Source: Iphione sp. A-MEVVRFRX5 (taxonomy: Eukaryota). Taken from it: a stretch of 64,000 bases of DNA. Below, in pieces: positions 1 through 13,000 of this stretch. Position numbers and translations under genes: made by a program. The stretch is from positions 31,434,001 through 31,498,000 of the forward strand of contig OZ320320.1 in assembly GCA_976226885.1 (NCBI GenBank). Direction: 5' to 3'. A model generated the notes under the pieces. The model was not told where the DNA came from. It saw only the letters and a list, made by a program, of their open reading frames with translations, and made no database searches. Position 1 is the first letter of the stretch; every line of letters begins with the position of its first letter.

Positions 1-3000
1 TACCTCCAAAATTAGTTCGAAATCTAGACTTAAGCAGAATGACAGTTGTATGCGTGAAAAATAACATTTGTGTGCTTGTGGTGACCAGGTTAATATATAG
101 AGTAGTTATTATTCTTCGCTAGGAACACAACTGTGGCAACAGTAATCTCTTTGGTCCTGATGGTCATTTGACATTTTTTCTTAAAAAGCACATTTCTTTT
201 TGCATTTCGGCATCGAATTATAAAGGTTATGCTAATTATTACATCTTAGGAAATATGGATGTTATCTATTAGTCACATGTCACTACAATTCACAAACATT
301 CGAAATGATCCCTACAATGGACGGCAGGGTATATATATCTACGGTCCAGTAGAGGAGAGGTGAGGTCGTGTTTGGAGCATGTGAGATGCACCGAGACTGA
401 CAGCCATTGTCATGCGACTGACCTGGCGTGAAGGAGGATGCTGGTCGTGCACGTTGCTTGATATCCTGGCCCAGCAGGGGAACTAAAGGCAAGAAAGGCA
501 ACACAATGGGACAGGTGGACATAGATTAATTTGGTTGAAATAATGAGGTTTGAACTCAGTGTGAGAACATGCGCCTGTAAAGTATTCCAACTGACAAATT
601 GGTGCGGATCCCTTGTACCTTTGGTGTACCTTCGATTTATTTCGTGATAGGTAGGACTCAACGAACTCTGCAAATATTTCATGATATGCTCCTCTGTGGA
701 ATCCATTTTTTTTGTAAATTCAGCATTCCTCATCATTGGGGTAAAATCATTCGCTACTCCTTTAACGTGCAATTGCTAATAGATATAGACAAGGCTCGCG
801 CTATAAGACCTGAACGACCTAACTTAACGGCTGTACAGTCATTCAAACAGACAGCCCGGTGTTGAGAACTCTGACAATTGATCATTATTGAGTGGGGAAG
901 TTCAATGGTGCGAGGGTGGGTGGGTGGGGTATGGGCAAAATGACGGAGAGGACCTCATCACGGGCCATGTCCTTTGTGCTCCCCGTTACAAAATGGCCGT
1001 CACGTGTACCTGTGTGGGTGCTCACTCGGTTGACAGCCCACCTCGTACATCATGGCTTCCTAAAGCCGCCACCAGTCACCCCATCCTAACAGGCTCCCCT
1101 CAGCTGGCATTCAGGCTTGCTGAGACTGGGAGTTAAACAGGGGAAAAAATCTGGGAGAGCGGAGTGTAAAAAAAAGTTGAGGAGGGGGGGGGGCGTACAC
1201 ACGGATTAAAAGTACATTTTCAGTAGTAGCAGGCAGGACGATGGAGAGAAAAGTTTAAGGGAAAGCTAGAAGCAGTGGATTACATGGAAGATCTGTGAAG
1301 AAGGATAAAAGAAAGGACATGCAGTATGGGAAAGATAATCGAGGGAATGGATATATAGATAATATATTTGGCGGAGTATGTGTCACGTACTATTCCAAGG
1401 GTGATAATTGCTAAGGCCTTTTAAAATCGCATATTCAGACCAATATCATATAGCCAATATGTTGGTTTCTCGCCATATAAGTGTTCTCATATGGCTGAAA
1501 TGCTATTCCTATCGGGGACTTTAATCTTGGTGTAACTACAAACGGTAGCATCATATTTCGTATTGGAATATCTAAAGTGTTCCCTGTTTTCAAACTTTTC
1601 ATCAAAGCTCTGTCGCCTGTTATAAATAACAGACTGTAGCTATCGGTTGATTTGCTGCCTATGGGAAGCAAAAAATCGATTCAGGACGTAGACAGGAGAG
1701 CAGGTGTGATGATAGAATCTCGAATTATTCAAAAAATTCTACTGGAGTTTTATAGGTTTCCAATGATCTTGGTGAACTCATCTTCGCAACTTAGGAAATG
1801 CTGTATTTCATTTTAAAGATTAAGAAAGTTGTTGCATCAAACGGGATTTGTCTGTTGTGGCCACCTACGTATTCGTAAGAACTATATTCAATGTGCACAG
1901 TAAGCATCCGGAGGTACTAGATACGTGTGTGCAGAAAATGACGGTTCATATCATGACAGGGAATAGAGATAACTCCATTTGTCCTTGTCCATACTTATGA
2001 TGTCCGAAACAAAGCAATTTTAATTCATTACTTAATTTTTATTTCCACGCAAACACGGATCATGATATACCAGAGAGAGGGAAAGACAGAGGGGAAGAGA
2101 AAGGGAAGACAAACAAGGCACATCTACATGGAATAATCCCATCCATGAGTGTCTTGGAACAGGTCTTAATACAACACACTGCCAGGGAAAATGCCTTGAC
2201 GTACGCACCAACATCAGACACATGGAACTCCATTCTCACCCATGTTATTTGCGGCATCTTTCAGGGCATTGTAGAGATGTGCTCACTACCAATCATGTAA
2301 AAACATGTCATTCCTGAGGTAATGATCCCTTTTGACATCGTTTTCCTACGGATATCGTCTTAAATTTTCGCGAAGATCAAAGGTTTGACTCAATGCCGTG
2401 CGAGCGGTTCCGAGTGTGGTACTTTACTTTGATTCAGTGGCTGTGTCTATTTTGGCCTTCTTGCTGGGAGCTTTCCCGTCCCGTTTGGACATGCTAATGT
2501 GAAACTAATGTTCCAAAGGACTAAAACCTCCTTCTTGTCCATGAGCAACCTTCATCCGTTACCATGTTCATTTTATCTCCAGCTTATCATTCAAACTTCT
2601 CACCTGCAGGTTCTCTCTGCTGTTTTGTAGGGTTCAACTTGTCGAAATTAAAGATTAGAAAATAACATCTCTGATTCGCTGATAAGATGGCTCCGTTACC
2701 GTTGACAATGTCGACCAAGATAGTTGTATTACGATGGGTGCTACGGCAGCTTTATGAAATGAAATGTGGTAGAAGGACATTGAATAAGAGGACAAAAAAG
2801 AAAATGGATGGCAGCCGAAGAGTCAGTGAAAGAAGACACAGGTGTAAAAATGTAGGAGCACGAAGATGATCTAGGTCTTATAATGTAAGTCTTAACACTG
2901 GTCACCTATTCTCATGAGGAGATCTTTTAATATACTGCAGCCTTTATAAACCCTGGTATATATGCTAGTTTCCATACTAGTATCTGATCAAAGTAGGCTG

Positions 3001-6000
3001 ACAGGGTAAGGTCCAATGGCATAGAGTCTGCTCGGGGTAGATGGGTATGTAGGGACCTTAGACCCAGCATCCACGTGAGCATGTTTCCAATCTATGCAAT
3101 CAGAATAGCAGTATATATCTTTCATCCTGGCTCTCATACCACAGGTGTCACTTGCCGTCTTGTAACGGTAGAAACAGCAGGGAAACACGCTTACATGGAG
3201 AACATGCACTCAGACTTTTAACAGATGTTGAGCCTATAAGGGATTGTTCACATATAAATGGATTTTTCCATTCCACACTGGCACACAGGGATGGATATTT
3301 CTCCAGCCCTCCTATACTATTGAAGGCATTTACATACATACAGATATTTCCGTGTCTGCACATGGGTGCGGATGTCAAACTGTCTGGGATGGGTTTTGTC
3401 TGCACCTGGATGTGGATTCAATAGAACACAATGTCAACAGACATCTGCAGACCATATAGAAGCAATTAACTAGTGAAATCTGCAGGGGGTACCTCCGCAC
3501 ACGGGGCCCGAATTTCAGTTTGGTTATATGTTAATGGGGCCTAACACAAGCCTCATGATGACCTACAAATCCCATGATTGGCATGTTCCATGTGTGATTA
3601 CCACCTATGTCACCTACGTAACCTCTAGCTTTCTATAGGTAATTTTTGAATGTCAAACCGGAAATTATACACTTTTTCATTTCAGACCCAAAGCCATACC
3701 TTAACAGGAAAATCGCACATCTAGAGAGCCTGGTTTCCAACTTTGCTCGTAGTCTGTTACAGCTAGCAAATTCCAGCCAGACGCCTGTGAGACTAGTTGA
3801 TGAGCAGCCAATCGGTTGTGTGTGCAAGGATCAGGACACATCAGCCCCTAACAGTCAACCCACCAACACTACCAACCGTTCGCCAGTCGGCCTCCAGCCC
3901 CATGTTTCTATAGGCCGCCTGGCCCGAGGGGGCCTCAATGCCGTAATGATTCACTTGTATCTCTCGGTGACACTTTTTAGCAGCCTAATGGTGTCAAGGC
4001 GATCCCAGCCTAGTTGTTAAACGGTAGCCTTGCCTGCTAATACCACCAGCATGTTGTCACAGATAGGAGACTGCGCCAACCTCCCCCCCCCCCCCTCTGT
4101 GCCTCCCCCCTCCTCCCTGTGCCCTTGCTGTCTTGCCGGTCGGGAGAAAATATGGCGGTTTTGGGGAGGAAGGGTGCTGTCAGCAGACAAGCTTTCCAGC
4201 TCAATTAATTTTCGCTCTTTGCGTCGAAGCATAGCAGCACGAGGAATTACACAGATGGTGTTATTTGATAGGACGATTACATGTATATCTAACGGGGGGG
4301 ACTCTCATATTAAGAGGAATATGAATAACGAAACAGCTTCATTTACATTTACTCTCACCCACAAAATTAAAATAACCTTGCACTGTTGGTCCCATGTAGC
4401 CATACGTCAGGGCGGGAAAAGGAGTACTTTCTACCTTGAAAAAAGGGTGGTCTTTTTCCCCCTACAGTGGGATGAATGGCGCCGGGTTGAAGTCGACTGC
4501 ACGCAATGTATAGGCTCGGACATGCTTGGTGTAAGCCCAAAGGAAACCACCAGTCCACCACCAAGTGGCCACACTCACAAACCGCTCAGAGAAACCAATT
4601 TTATTGTCGGCGAGTGTATAAAAAGGGCATTTCCTCCAACTTCAAGTACGCCTGGTCACAGTGGGACCCACTTTCTTCTCTTATGTATACATAATAGTTG
4701 TATACCATGCTGCATGCCAGTTGCAAAGAAGGTCAGTGTCAGTTTTGCTCAAGACGGATGACACAAGCAGGAGCCTGGAGGCAAAACTAAGATTGACCTT
4801 TTCTGCACCTGTTGTGTGACAATCCCAGCTTTTTACAGATTAAAAAAAAACGCATTTCATCATTGCCATGTTCCAGCTCAAGACTGGCGAATATATTGAT
4901 GCACTGAACAACGTGGCTACCAATCAATCTGCAGTTTACAAAAAAACCATCAGACATAGGCTTCCTGACATATTTCAAGCCCGGCAGATAAACATCTCCT
5001 CAATATAATCAGTAACACTTTGGCTTTCATAACGTAGCCAATGGGAAGTCATGCTACATATATTATCATACCAGCTGATGTACTTGCATATAAACATACA
5101 GATGTGAGTACATTTATATCTCAACAAGAAATTTTTCAAATATTCTAATATCACCAACAAGGCTTCAATATAACGAACAGGGATCAAAACGGGGAAAAGG
5201 TCGTTGAATAGTTAGATAAAACTATTTGAAGTTTTCGTCATCTCTTGATTATATTGAGGGTTTTATGAATAGAACTAAACACGAAGTGCGGTAATTACCT
5301 ACTTATCCTTTAACATATCGATGCCTGTATTACACGATAAAATGTCTACCAACTAAATTGTAATCCCTGCTAGTGGACCAATATTCACAAAAGTCACTTA
5401 AAAAATGGAGTTTTTAGAAACTAAATTTCTATTCGTTATTGTGATATTTCTATGATGTTAGTCTGCTCCGTATACCATTCCTCAAAAAAAGTGAGGACAT
5501 GAAGTTTAAAGGTTTAGTAGTTTATCACGTGCATGTAAGATATGATTATTAAAATGAAAATGTCACTTTTACATATGTATGTTCGTCAGTATGTACACAC
5601 ATATTTATCTACAGAGCTATCTGCTGGCACATGTGAATAGAAGCGAATTTATGTAAAGGTATGGCTGTGCTCTACCATAATCTCAGTCTGGGAATGTACC
5701 TTTAGATGAATTATCATTTTCATGGTTGAAATATGATTTCTACGGTTCAGAGACGGTGTGTGCGTATAATGCTCACATTCAGTCACCTTACTGCTTGGCC
5801 GCGTCGCCTAAACACCTGCGCTTTCCACAATATTAGATTAGTTCGCGTGTTCCCCATAAGATACGATAAAAACCATTCGATTCGTTACACCCACCCCAGC
5901 AGGGAACACCGACTGATTTATTTCGAGGGCCAAGTGCCAGATATTGCTCTGCCTTTTCGCAGCTCCTCAGATCATATTGTTGGAGACTCAATGGTGGACG

Positions 6001-9000
6001 TTATGTAACGCGCAGTGGATAACCGTAACTTATCGACCTTCCAGGGAGGACGTAGCCTGGTCTGGACTCGATAGGGCCCAGTGGTCTTATATTTTCATGT
6101 TACTTGTTGATAGGTCCCACCCTTTATATTGTATAGTACTTTCCCCCGAGTCAGTCTCTACGGTCTAGATTGTAAACAAATGTTCATCACCGCAATGTTC
6201 ATACTGCGCACAACTGCATCTCTATTTCAATTATCGCGATTGAAAAAAAGAGGAAAATATCCCTGCAAAAAGATAAGTATAACAAGTACTGTATACCTAT
6301 TTCATCATTCTGGTCTATACGGACATAACAGAGCTAGAACAATATTTACCATCGAAATAAGGATTCATTACAACAAATGTGTCTCTGTTTATGCTGGGCT
6401 TTTATATGTTCAAGCAACCAGTCACAAAATACTGAAAGCTAACACATCCTTACTCTTTATTGCGTATATGGAAAACTCTCGACAAAACCGTATAACATAC
6501 TTTAGAGTCACTTTAGTATATCAGCATGTGGTACCACTAATCTAGTCAAAAAAAAGTATTGGGTTTTGTAAGTATCCTATCCCCGCAGTGAGCGAGCACT
6601 TTCCTGATTAATGTCTGGTGGAATGTAAGAATTTGATTATTTGGCTGATTCAACAGTTAGTACAGACTGGTCCTTTTTTAATGCTAGAAAGGTGGTCAGA
6701 CTTAGGCTATCTCACCAATTCTGGTATACTGGATACAATAACTGCCTGTATTACTTTTCATTATGTTCGAAGTTCTCTGGTTAATTACACAAAAACAGTT
6801 TTGATAAAATAAACAAATGGTTCGTCATTTCCCGATGATGCAAGTTATATAGTGTCTAGTATGAACATGTTAATCTTAACCAAACCTTCTGTCAAGGAAG
6901 GGTTATTGATTCTCACATCCTCTCCCTTCCGTAGTGATATGACCTCATAGCTTCAAATTTCTTTTTAAGAGCGTTTCTTATTAGCAATAAATGTGCCTGT
7001 CATTGGTCATATCAGTGATTGGTAGTAACTCGTTATCTTCTCTTTGACGTGAAGATTTCAATACAAGAAAGTATATAGCCGCTCTTAATAAGTAAGGGAC
7101 GGTTGATGAAAACAACCCAATAATTCGAATTAATTGCCTGAGTTGACTTTTAATACGTCCTAGCCAGTGAGCACATAAAATAATGATAGCGTTTGGTGGC
7201 TTGATATATAGAAATGGATCCTCGTGCTCAAAACAAATGCCAGTAGTTCACTTGTGCAGGTGATCTCATTGTGCTTTGTTCTTCTCTCCCCTTTAACGAC
7301 AGGCAACCGGTCAATACTCGAAGGGAAGCGCTTGCCATTTGTATAACAGAATGGGTCAATTGCCCATTAAAAGACACGTGACTTGTCCGACCACCCTGTA
7401 GAGCCTTATCCTAAATGTGTCAAGCTGCGCTGGTGTAGAATAGATGCTATCTGTCCAGTTACATTGTCCTAAGTAGCCTATACCTATCTATCCGCCTAGC
7501 TTAAGTGCCGCTCTGTCTCATTATACTGCCCAGTCTGTCCAGTTGCATGGATATGTCTGTCCAGCCATATTCCCCCGTCTACCAATACTGACCCACCCAG
7601 ATATGGTGATTTGTCCGTCTAACTACAATGACCCGCTTGTCCAGCTGTACAGGAATATCGGTCTACCTCTTCTAGTATTTGATGCCATGGATACCTCAAA
7701 GACCATGTTGAGGAAATAAGATATTATGGGGTTTTGCTTTGTAGAGAATACAACTCTCGATATTTAATAGCGTTAAGTGGTATATGTGATATCACCAGAG
7801 TAGGTAGGAGATCTGTTTGTAAGGGGCGTGGCAATTTAAGGTTGGTAACACCGTTCCTTGTGTGGAACAGTGTGGAGCTAGTTTCCGTAGTTTAGTACAC
7901 GATGAATTGTTGATAACTGAGAACTGAACTTCTAAAACAAAGTTTATTTTGCCACGAAATTGGGTATAAGGTTTTCTGATGACAATCGTATTGTTGATGG
8001 AGCCTACACCATTTAGCGAGGAGCTATCCAAACAACAACTGATCATAAATTGGACAGTCCTCTTTGTTAACGACTATATCAGTGAGATCAACAAGACTAA
8101 TACTATGCATATAATAAACGCCGGGACATTAATTCACAAGCAGGAAGCTGCAAAATGGAGATATTTGACTCCTTGATGGCTGTCACCTGGATTTTCATTA
8201 CGTTTGGCGGAACATGGGACTGAAAACACCACTAAGGGCTGCGTTTAAGACACCTGTTTCAATTTAAATCACGCCCTCGCACCTGGACTTGGGATGTTCT
8301 GTAGTAATCTGTACACGGAGTCAGATTCACAGCTTTATTGCTCGATATAGTGTTCTGGACTACTTGGATCACTTGGAGAATGAGCTCCCGATTAACTGTG
8401 AGTACATGTACTTATCTACTGTAGTTGCCGATAGTGTATTATGATTGCGAGGACGTTATTATATTAATGTTTCCAGTGATATGGAATGTATCATACGAGG
8501 GGAACACTATTATTTCACTTTCATGATCATTTACATACTGCTCGTACTGAATTGTATACATGCTGTATGTACATGGCTTTTCGTTTGATTAATGATTGAA
8601 ACCATTTATGTAAATGTCCAAAGTCTGATGAACAATATTGGAGTAGTAAGGATGTTGATAAATTCATAATTGAAGCACAGATGTGTATGTCCTGAGTGAA
8701 ATAAGACTGAATGGGTGCTTGATAAATTGCTTCAAATCCCCGGGTATTTTGTGTTAAGACAGGACAGAATATACAACAGCAGGGCTAAGGGAGGGGGGTT
8801 ACTGGAAGTCAGTCATAGTATTGAGAAGCAATCATACTGTAGCGTCCGCTCCGCAAGTAAGACATAACTCCAGTTAAGATAATGAGGTTTATTCAGTAAG
8901 AACAATATGAGCATAAACAGTGAGCACCAACAGTGAGCACCAAGGGTAATCTGAACTGCCCGTGGGGGCCAACTCCCTTATATACCCATCCCCAGTCTCC

Positions 9001-9611
9001 TCAGCATCCGGGTACCGGACCCCTCCTACTCCGCAGCACCCCTTCGAATGCCGCACAGGGGCGTGCCGCTGCACCCTACCAGTCCAATCCACTGTGCCGC
9101 AGCACCCCTGGTGTGCAGCGGTGCCGCAGCCACGCAGTGGCTCCAACAATACTGACTAATATATGTCATCTAATACAAGTTTGTGGTGTAAAAAAAGTCC
9201 AATCATCTTCTGTCACCTACAGGAACTCACTCGGATAAACACGAGAGAGTATAGATAGGTGAGGAGTAAAAATGTCAATGAAGCTGAATTTATCAACATA
9301 CAAGGTAGGAGGGCAGTAGGGACATTATGTGGTTAAATGAGGAAGCTCAGACAGTAGGAAATACTGGGCATTTGTTAAGGAAAGCTTGGGCCACGGGAAG
9401 GAGACGACAACAAGTAATAATTTATAGAACACCGATGGGAAAGGTGAAACGAATGAAGTGCCTGATAAGCTGAACACTCGTTTTTTAGTATAGGGACAGT
9501 GGTGTCATGTGACATATGTTGGGCGATATGTAAATGAGGGAAGTGAACATGGACGTTAGTAGCATGTTAGAACCATTGATAACAATGTTGTTTGAAGTTT
9601 AAAAAGCAATA

Positions 9612-9787
9612 CAGTCGAAATCCGATTTTGACCTTATTGATTTGCAACCACGCTCTATTTATGACCACCTAAGGTGGGAACCCAAATATTGATTTCTATA
9701 GGAGTTGTGATCGATTTACAACCAAATTTGCCATGATGACCACTTAAACTTGGTACCAAGTGGTGGTCACAAATAAGGTTTCAACTG
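9612..9787. mobile_element. Degenerate Tc1/mariner-superfamily (pogo/Tigger-like) MITE
   Basis: TA|CAGTCGAAA at the left end and TTTCAACTG|TA at the right (8/9 inverted match, TA on both sides). Internal GACCAC/GTGGTC inverted motifs. Family assignment is by resemblance of the termini only. Confidence 0.55.
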
Positions 9788-10000
9788 TATTATCCTTTTG
9801 TAGTACCAAGGCCCTTTTGTAATAACAAGGCTTTGTGTATTGGAGGTGTCCCTGCAAAGCCAATTCAGGCATTGTATTTGAATAAACAGTAAAATCTCTC
9901 ACAACGTATGTCGGGACACCGTGGACAACCCTCACAATGGCCAGTTTGAGGACAGCCCAATATGAAATCACAATACGCCATGTTTTTAAAGCCCGTACAC

Positions 10001-10050
10001 AGCAGACACTCATTTATAGCAGACACTCACCTCTGGACACTCATTTTACA
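10001..10050 (+). repeat. 17-bp tandem unit, about 3 copies (AGCAGACACTCA core)
   Basis: agcagacactcatttat / agcagacactcacctct / ggacactcattttac. Resembles the subterminal repeats of pogo-like MITEs. Confidence 0.6.
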
Positions 10051-13000
10051 GCCCCAAATGCTGATTATAAGTGTTACAGTAGGCACACATGCTCTTGGCC
10101 ACCCTTTGTCCACTCCTTCGATGGATACCAACACCCTGGAGAGGTGCGACGTCCTCTTGTACTCACCCCCTCCACCCCTCGTCCACTCCTTTGATAGGTA
10201 TCAACAAAATATCTCATATCAAGAAGATGAAGTTCGAAAAAGTGTGTGAGTCAGACAAGAAACTTGTTACAATTTCTAGAAAAAAAGTGGTTGTAATTTA
10301 AAGTGAAATTATCTTAATCAACCTTCTACTTTCTAAGAAAATATCTTGTTTTGAGATATAAAATCTTAAAATAGGAAACTTTTTCATGCCAAGAAAGGGA
10401 TTTTTGGCTGTGTAGTAAGACCGAAGACACACCGGAAAGCACGTTTTGTTGGAATTTTAGGTGTGATGGGCTCTGACAAAACTGATAACTGACAGGTAGA
10501 TGGGTTAAACCCTTGTTTTAATCTTTCCTTCTTATTGGTTGAACCCCTCCTTTATGAAGGAGAAGACATCGTGTCCGGCGGGGGGGGGGGCGAATGGTGA
10601 ATTTGCAGTGGGGAAGTCACTCACAACCAAATTACCTGGCGTCCAGGTAAAGGTAACACTTCCGTCTATCATATCGGATACCTTCACGAATACATGTACT
10701 AGGATAGCATAATTTTATTCGACACACTAAGTACTATTTGCAGTTTTTACACCAACGGAGTCATTATTTCATTAATTTCTAAGGTGGCCTTATCTGCACA
10801 TCTACTGCTCATGCTCAACAGGAAACCCCCCAAAAGGCTGTTGAACATCTATGCTGAACCATATGAATCGCCGACATTTTAAAAATCTTTCTTCATAATA
10901 TTCCTAATTAAGTACGTATGTGTTACTAAACCTAAATTTCAACATGTGCTTTTACACTGAGAAAACCCCAGTACTCCATTTCTCAGATTGGGACGTTCCA
11001 CATTCAGAGGAATATGATATCCGCGTTATTTCAGGTGAAATACATATAACAAACATGGGCACACGAAGACTTGATCTGAAGCCCGAAGTTCGGTGCTTCA
11101 ACCATTGAATATGACCCCCACTAACACAAAACTAACAAGGCGTTAATGCGATTAGCATCACTCCGGGATACCGTTCATAGCCTTGACGCAGTTGATGTCG
11201 GCTCCAGGACGGATGAGAATATAAAGCTGTTAATGGGATGGGGACGAGAGAGGGGGCAATGGCGCACTTTGATAAACTACGTACACACCCATCGCTCAGC
11301 CGCATGTATTGCGTAGTTCACCACTACGCACATTCCGGACACTCATTCAGTTTCGGTCTGCATCCTCATGGAAAAACAGACTCACTCCCATCTACTGGTG
11401 TGTGGAATCCAGTTAGAATTGTATAAAAATACACTGGAGGTAGATTCGGGGTTGAATTCTACACAACTAGAATGATTTGAATTTAAATTTTCGGAAGTCT
11501 GGAGCAAATCCCAAAATTAAGATTCGGGTTCAGAAAGATAACTCAATGCAATTTGAAACTGGCGAGCTTCCGCATAATTGGGCATCGATAAAGGGCGACT
11601 GCAAATATATTTCCCTTCGGATCAGTTGTTATTCGCGAGATAGTGTTAGGCTAGCAGAGATGGGAGAAGGAGGGACAGACGGCGAGAGAGTAGGTGAAAT
11701 CTAAAGGGAACAATTGAGTATGACGAACATGGAAGCCAGGTTTCAAGAATGATACAGAGAGGAAGAAATATGAACATCGGAGCAATAGACGGAGGCATAT
11801 CACAATGGGGAAAATGAGATAAACGACCAAATGGAGTTGAGAAAGAGTTGGAGCTACACAAGAGGAAAGTGTGGTGTTAAGATTTGGCAAGGAAAGCTGA
11901 GGTAGTGAGGATATTGCTAATGTTTTTGTCTGTGAGTTCTTCTTCCTAGACGTGCAGAACACCACAGTGACCTGATATCACCTTCAGGCATTTCCTACAA
12001 AAATATGATGCCATTGTGTTGGCTCCCTAGTCAGCAAGCGTCAACAATATGGGCCGCCTCTGTGTTGACCTTGTGAAGGTAACCAATGGGTAACCAAGTC
12101 CAGAGAGCGCCAGTACCTGTACTTATCTCTGGCAGGTAGTATGTGAATTGGTTGTCAGGTGATTCTAGTGTGCCGGATAACCTAATGACAGCAAGGGTAG
12201 GTTCATAGTTGAGACGGTGGACGAAGCCCTGTGGTAGGTGATGCTGAGCTCTACCTCTGGTTGCAAAGAGGTGGTTGGTCGGTGCAAGCAGGAACAGCCC
12301 GGTCTGATGTCGTAGTAGCGGGCCCGTGATTAGTGTGATTACTACGTAGTGTTGTCAGTACCCAGGGGTCCCCCAGTGCTCCGTACTACAACTACACGTT
12401 AAGGATCAAAGAGGACGCCTCCCTAAACTCTCATTCACCACCTGCCGGCTCTTCCACAGGCACTTGCAGGTGTCCTAACCAACACTTTGTTTTGTGCGTC
12501 CCCGGGTCTTCTCCCTCTTTGCTTATCATTGTTTTTCACTTTCCTTTTATCGACGTCACAATCCCTTCCCGTCTTTCCATTATTTTTTAGCCTGCCTCTG
12601 CCTCCCGTGTTACCCCTTGGTCTTCATTCTCTTTATATATTTTTTCTCACAGGGATGGTCTAATAAAGGTTATGAAATCGCTAGGACTTGTTCCATGACT
12701 CTATCTAAACAAACTTTAATCACTACAATAGCCATTTTTCACAAAGACATTATCGTTGAAAGGCGTTACGGGACATCCTACATTTTTATTTTTGAGGAGA
12801 ATTTTGTCCAGCTGCAATTAAGGATCAACCAAAGAGATCCAACTACAAGCCTTGTACTTTATATGTTTAGCATAATTTTCTTTCTATGCAAGTATATTCG
12901 GAAATCACTTTCAGTTTCCATGTTGAAGTAGGTAAGAACAGAGAACTGGTCATGTGAATTTTCAGGCCCCCAGGGCTAAGGCTCAGAGCTAAATTCTTCG

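Noticed and set aside
4030-4761. Longest ORF in the track (243 aa, + strand)
   Set aside because: TTG start, begins in a poly-C tract, no recognisable domain, no coding-like codon bias or clear splice boundaries. A profile search (HHpred/Pfam) hit or RNA-seq coverage would reopen it.
9056-9121. Crossed pairings (CAGGGG/CCCCTG and CCGCTGCAC/GTGCAGCGG), considered as an HDV-like ribozyme
   Set aside because: Loop lengths and the P3/L3, P4 and catalytic-C junction elements do not fit. It is better explained by GCCGCAGC low-complexity repeats.
11060-11110. Faint reverse-strand similarity to a tRNA-derived SINE head
   Set aside because: Too degenerate: no intact A/B boxes or cloverleaf. No tRNA, rRNA or CRISPR features were seen in the window.
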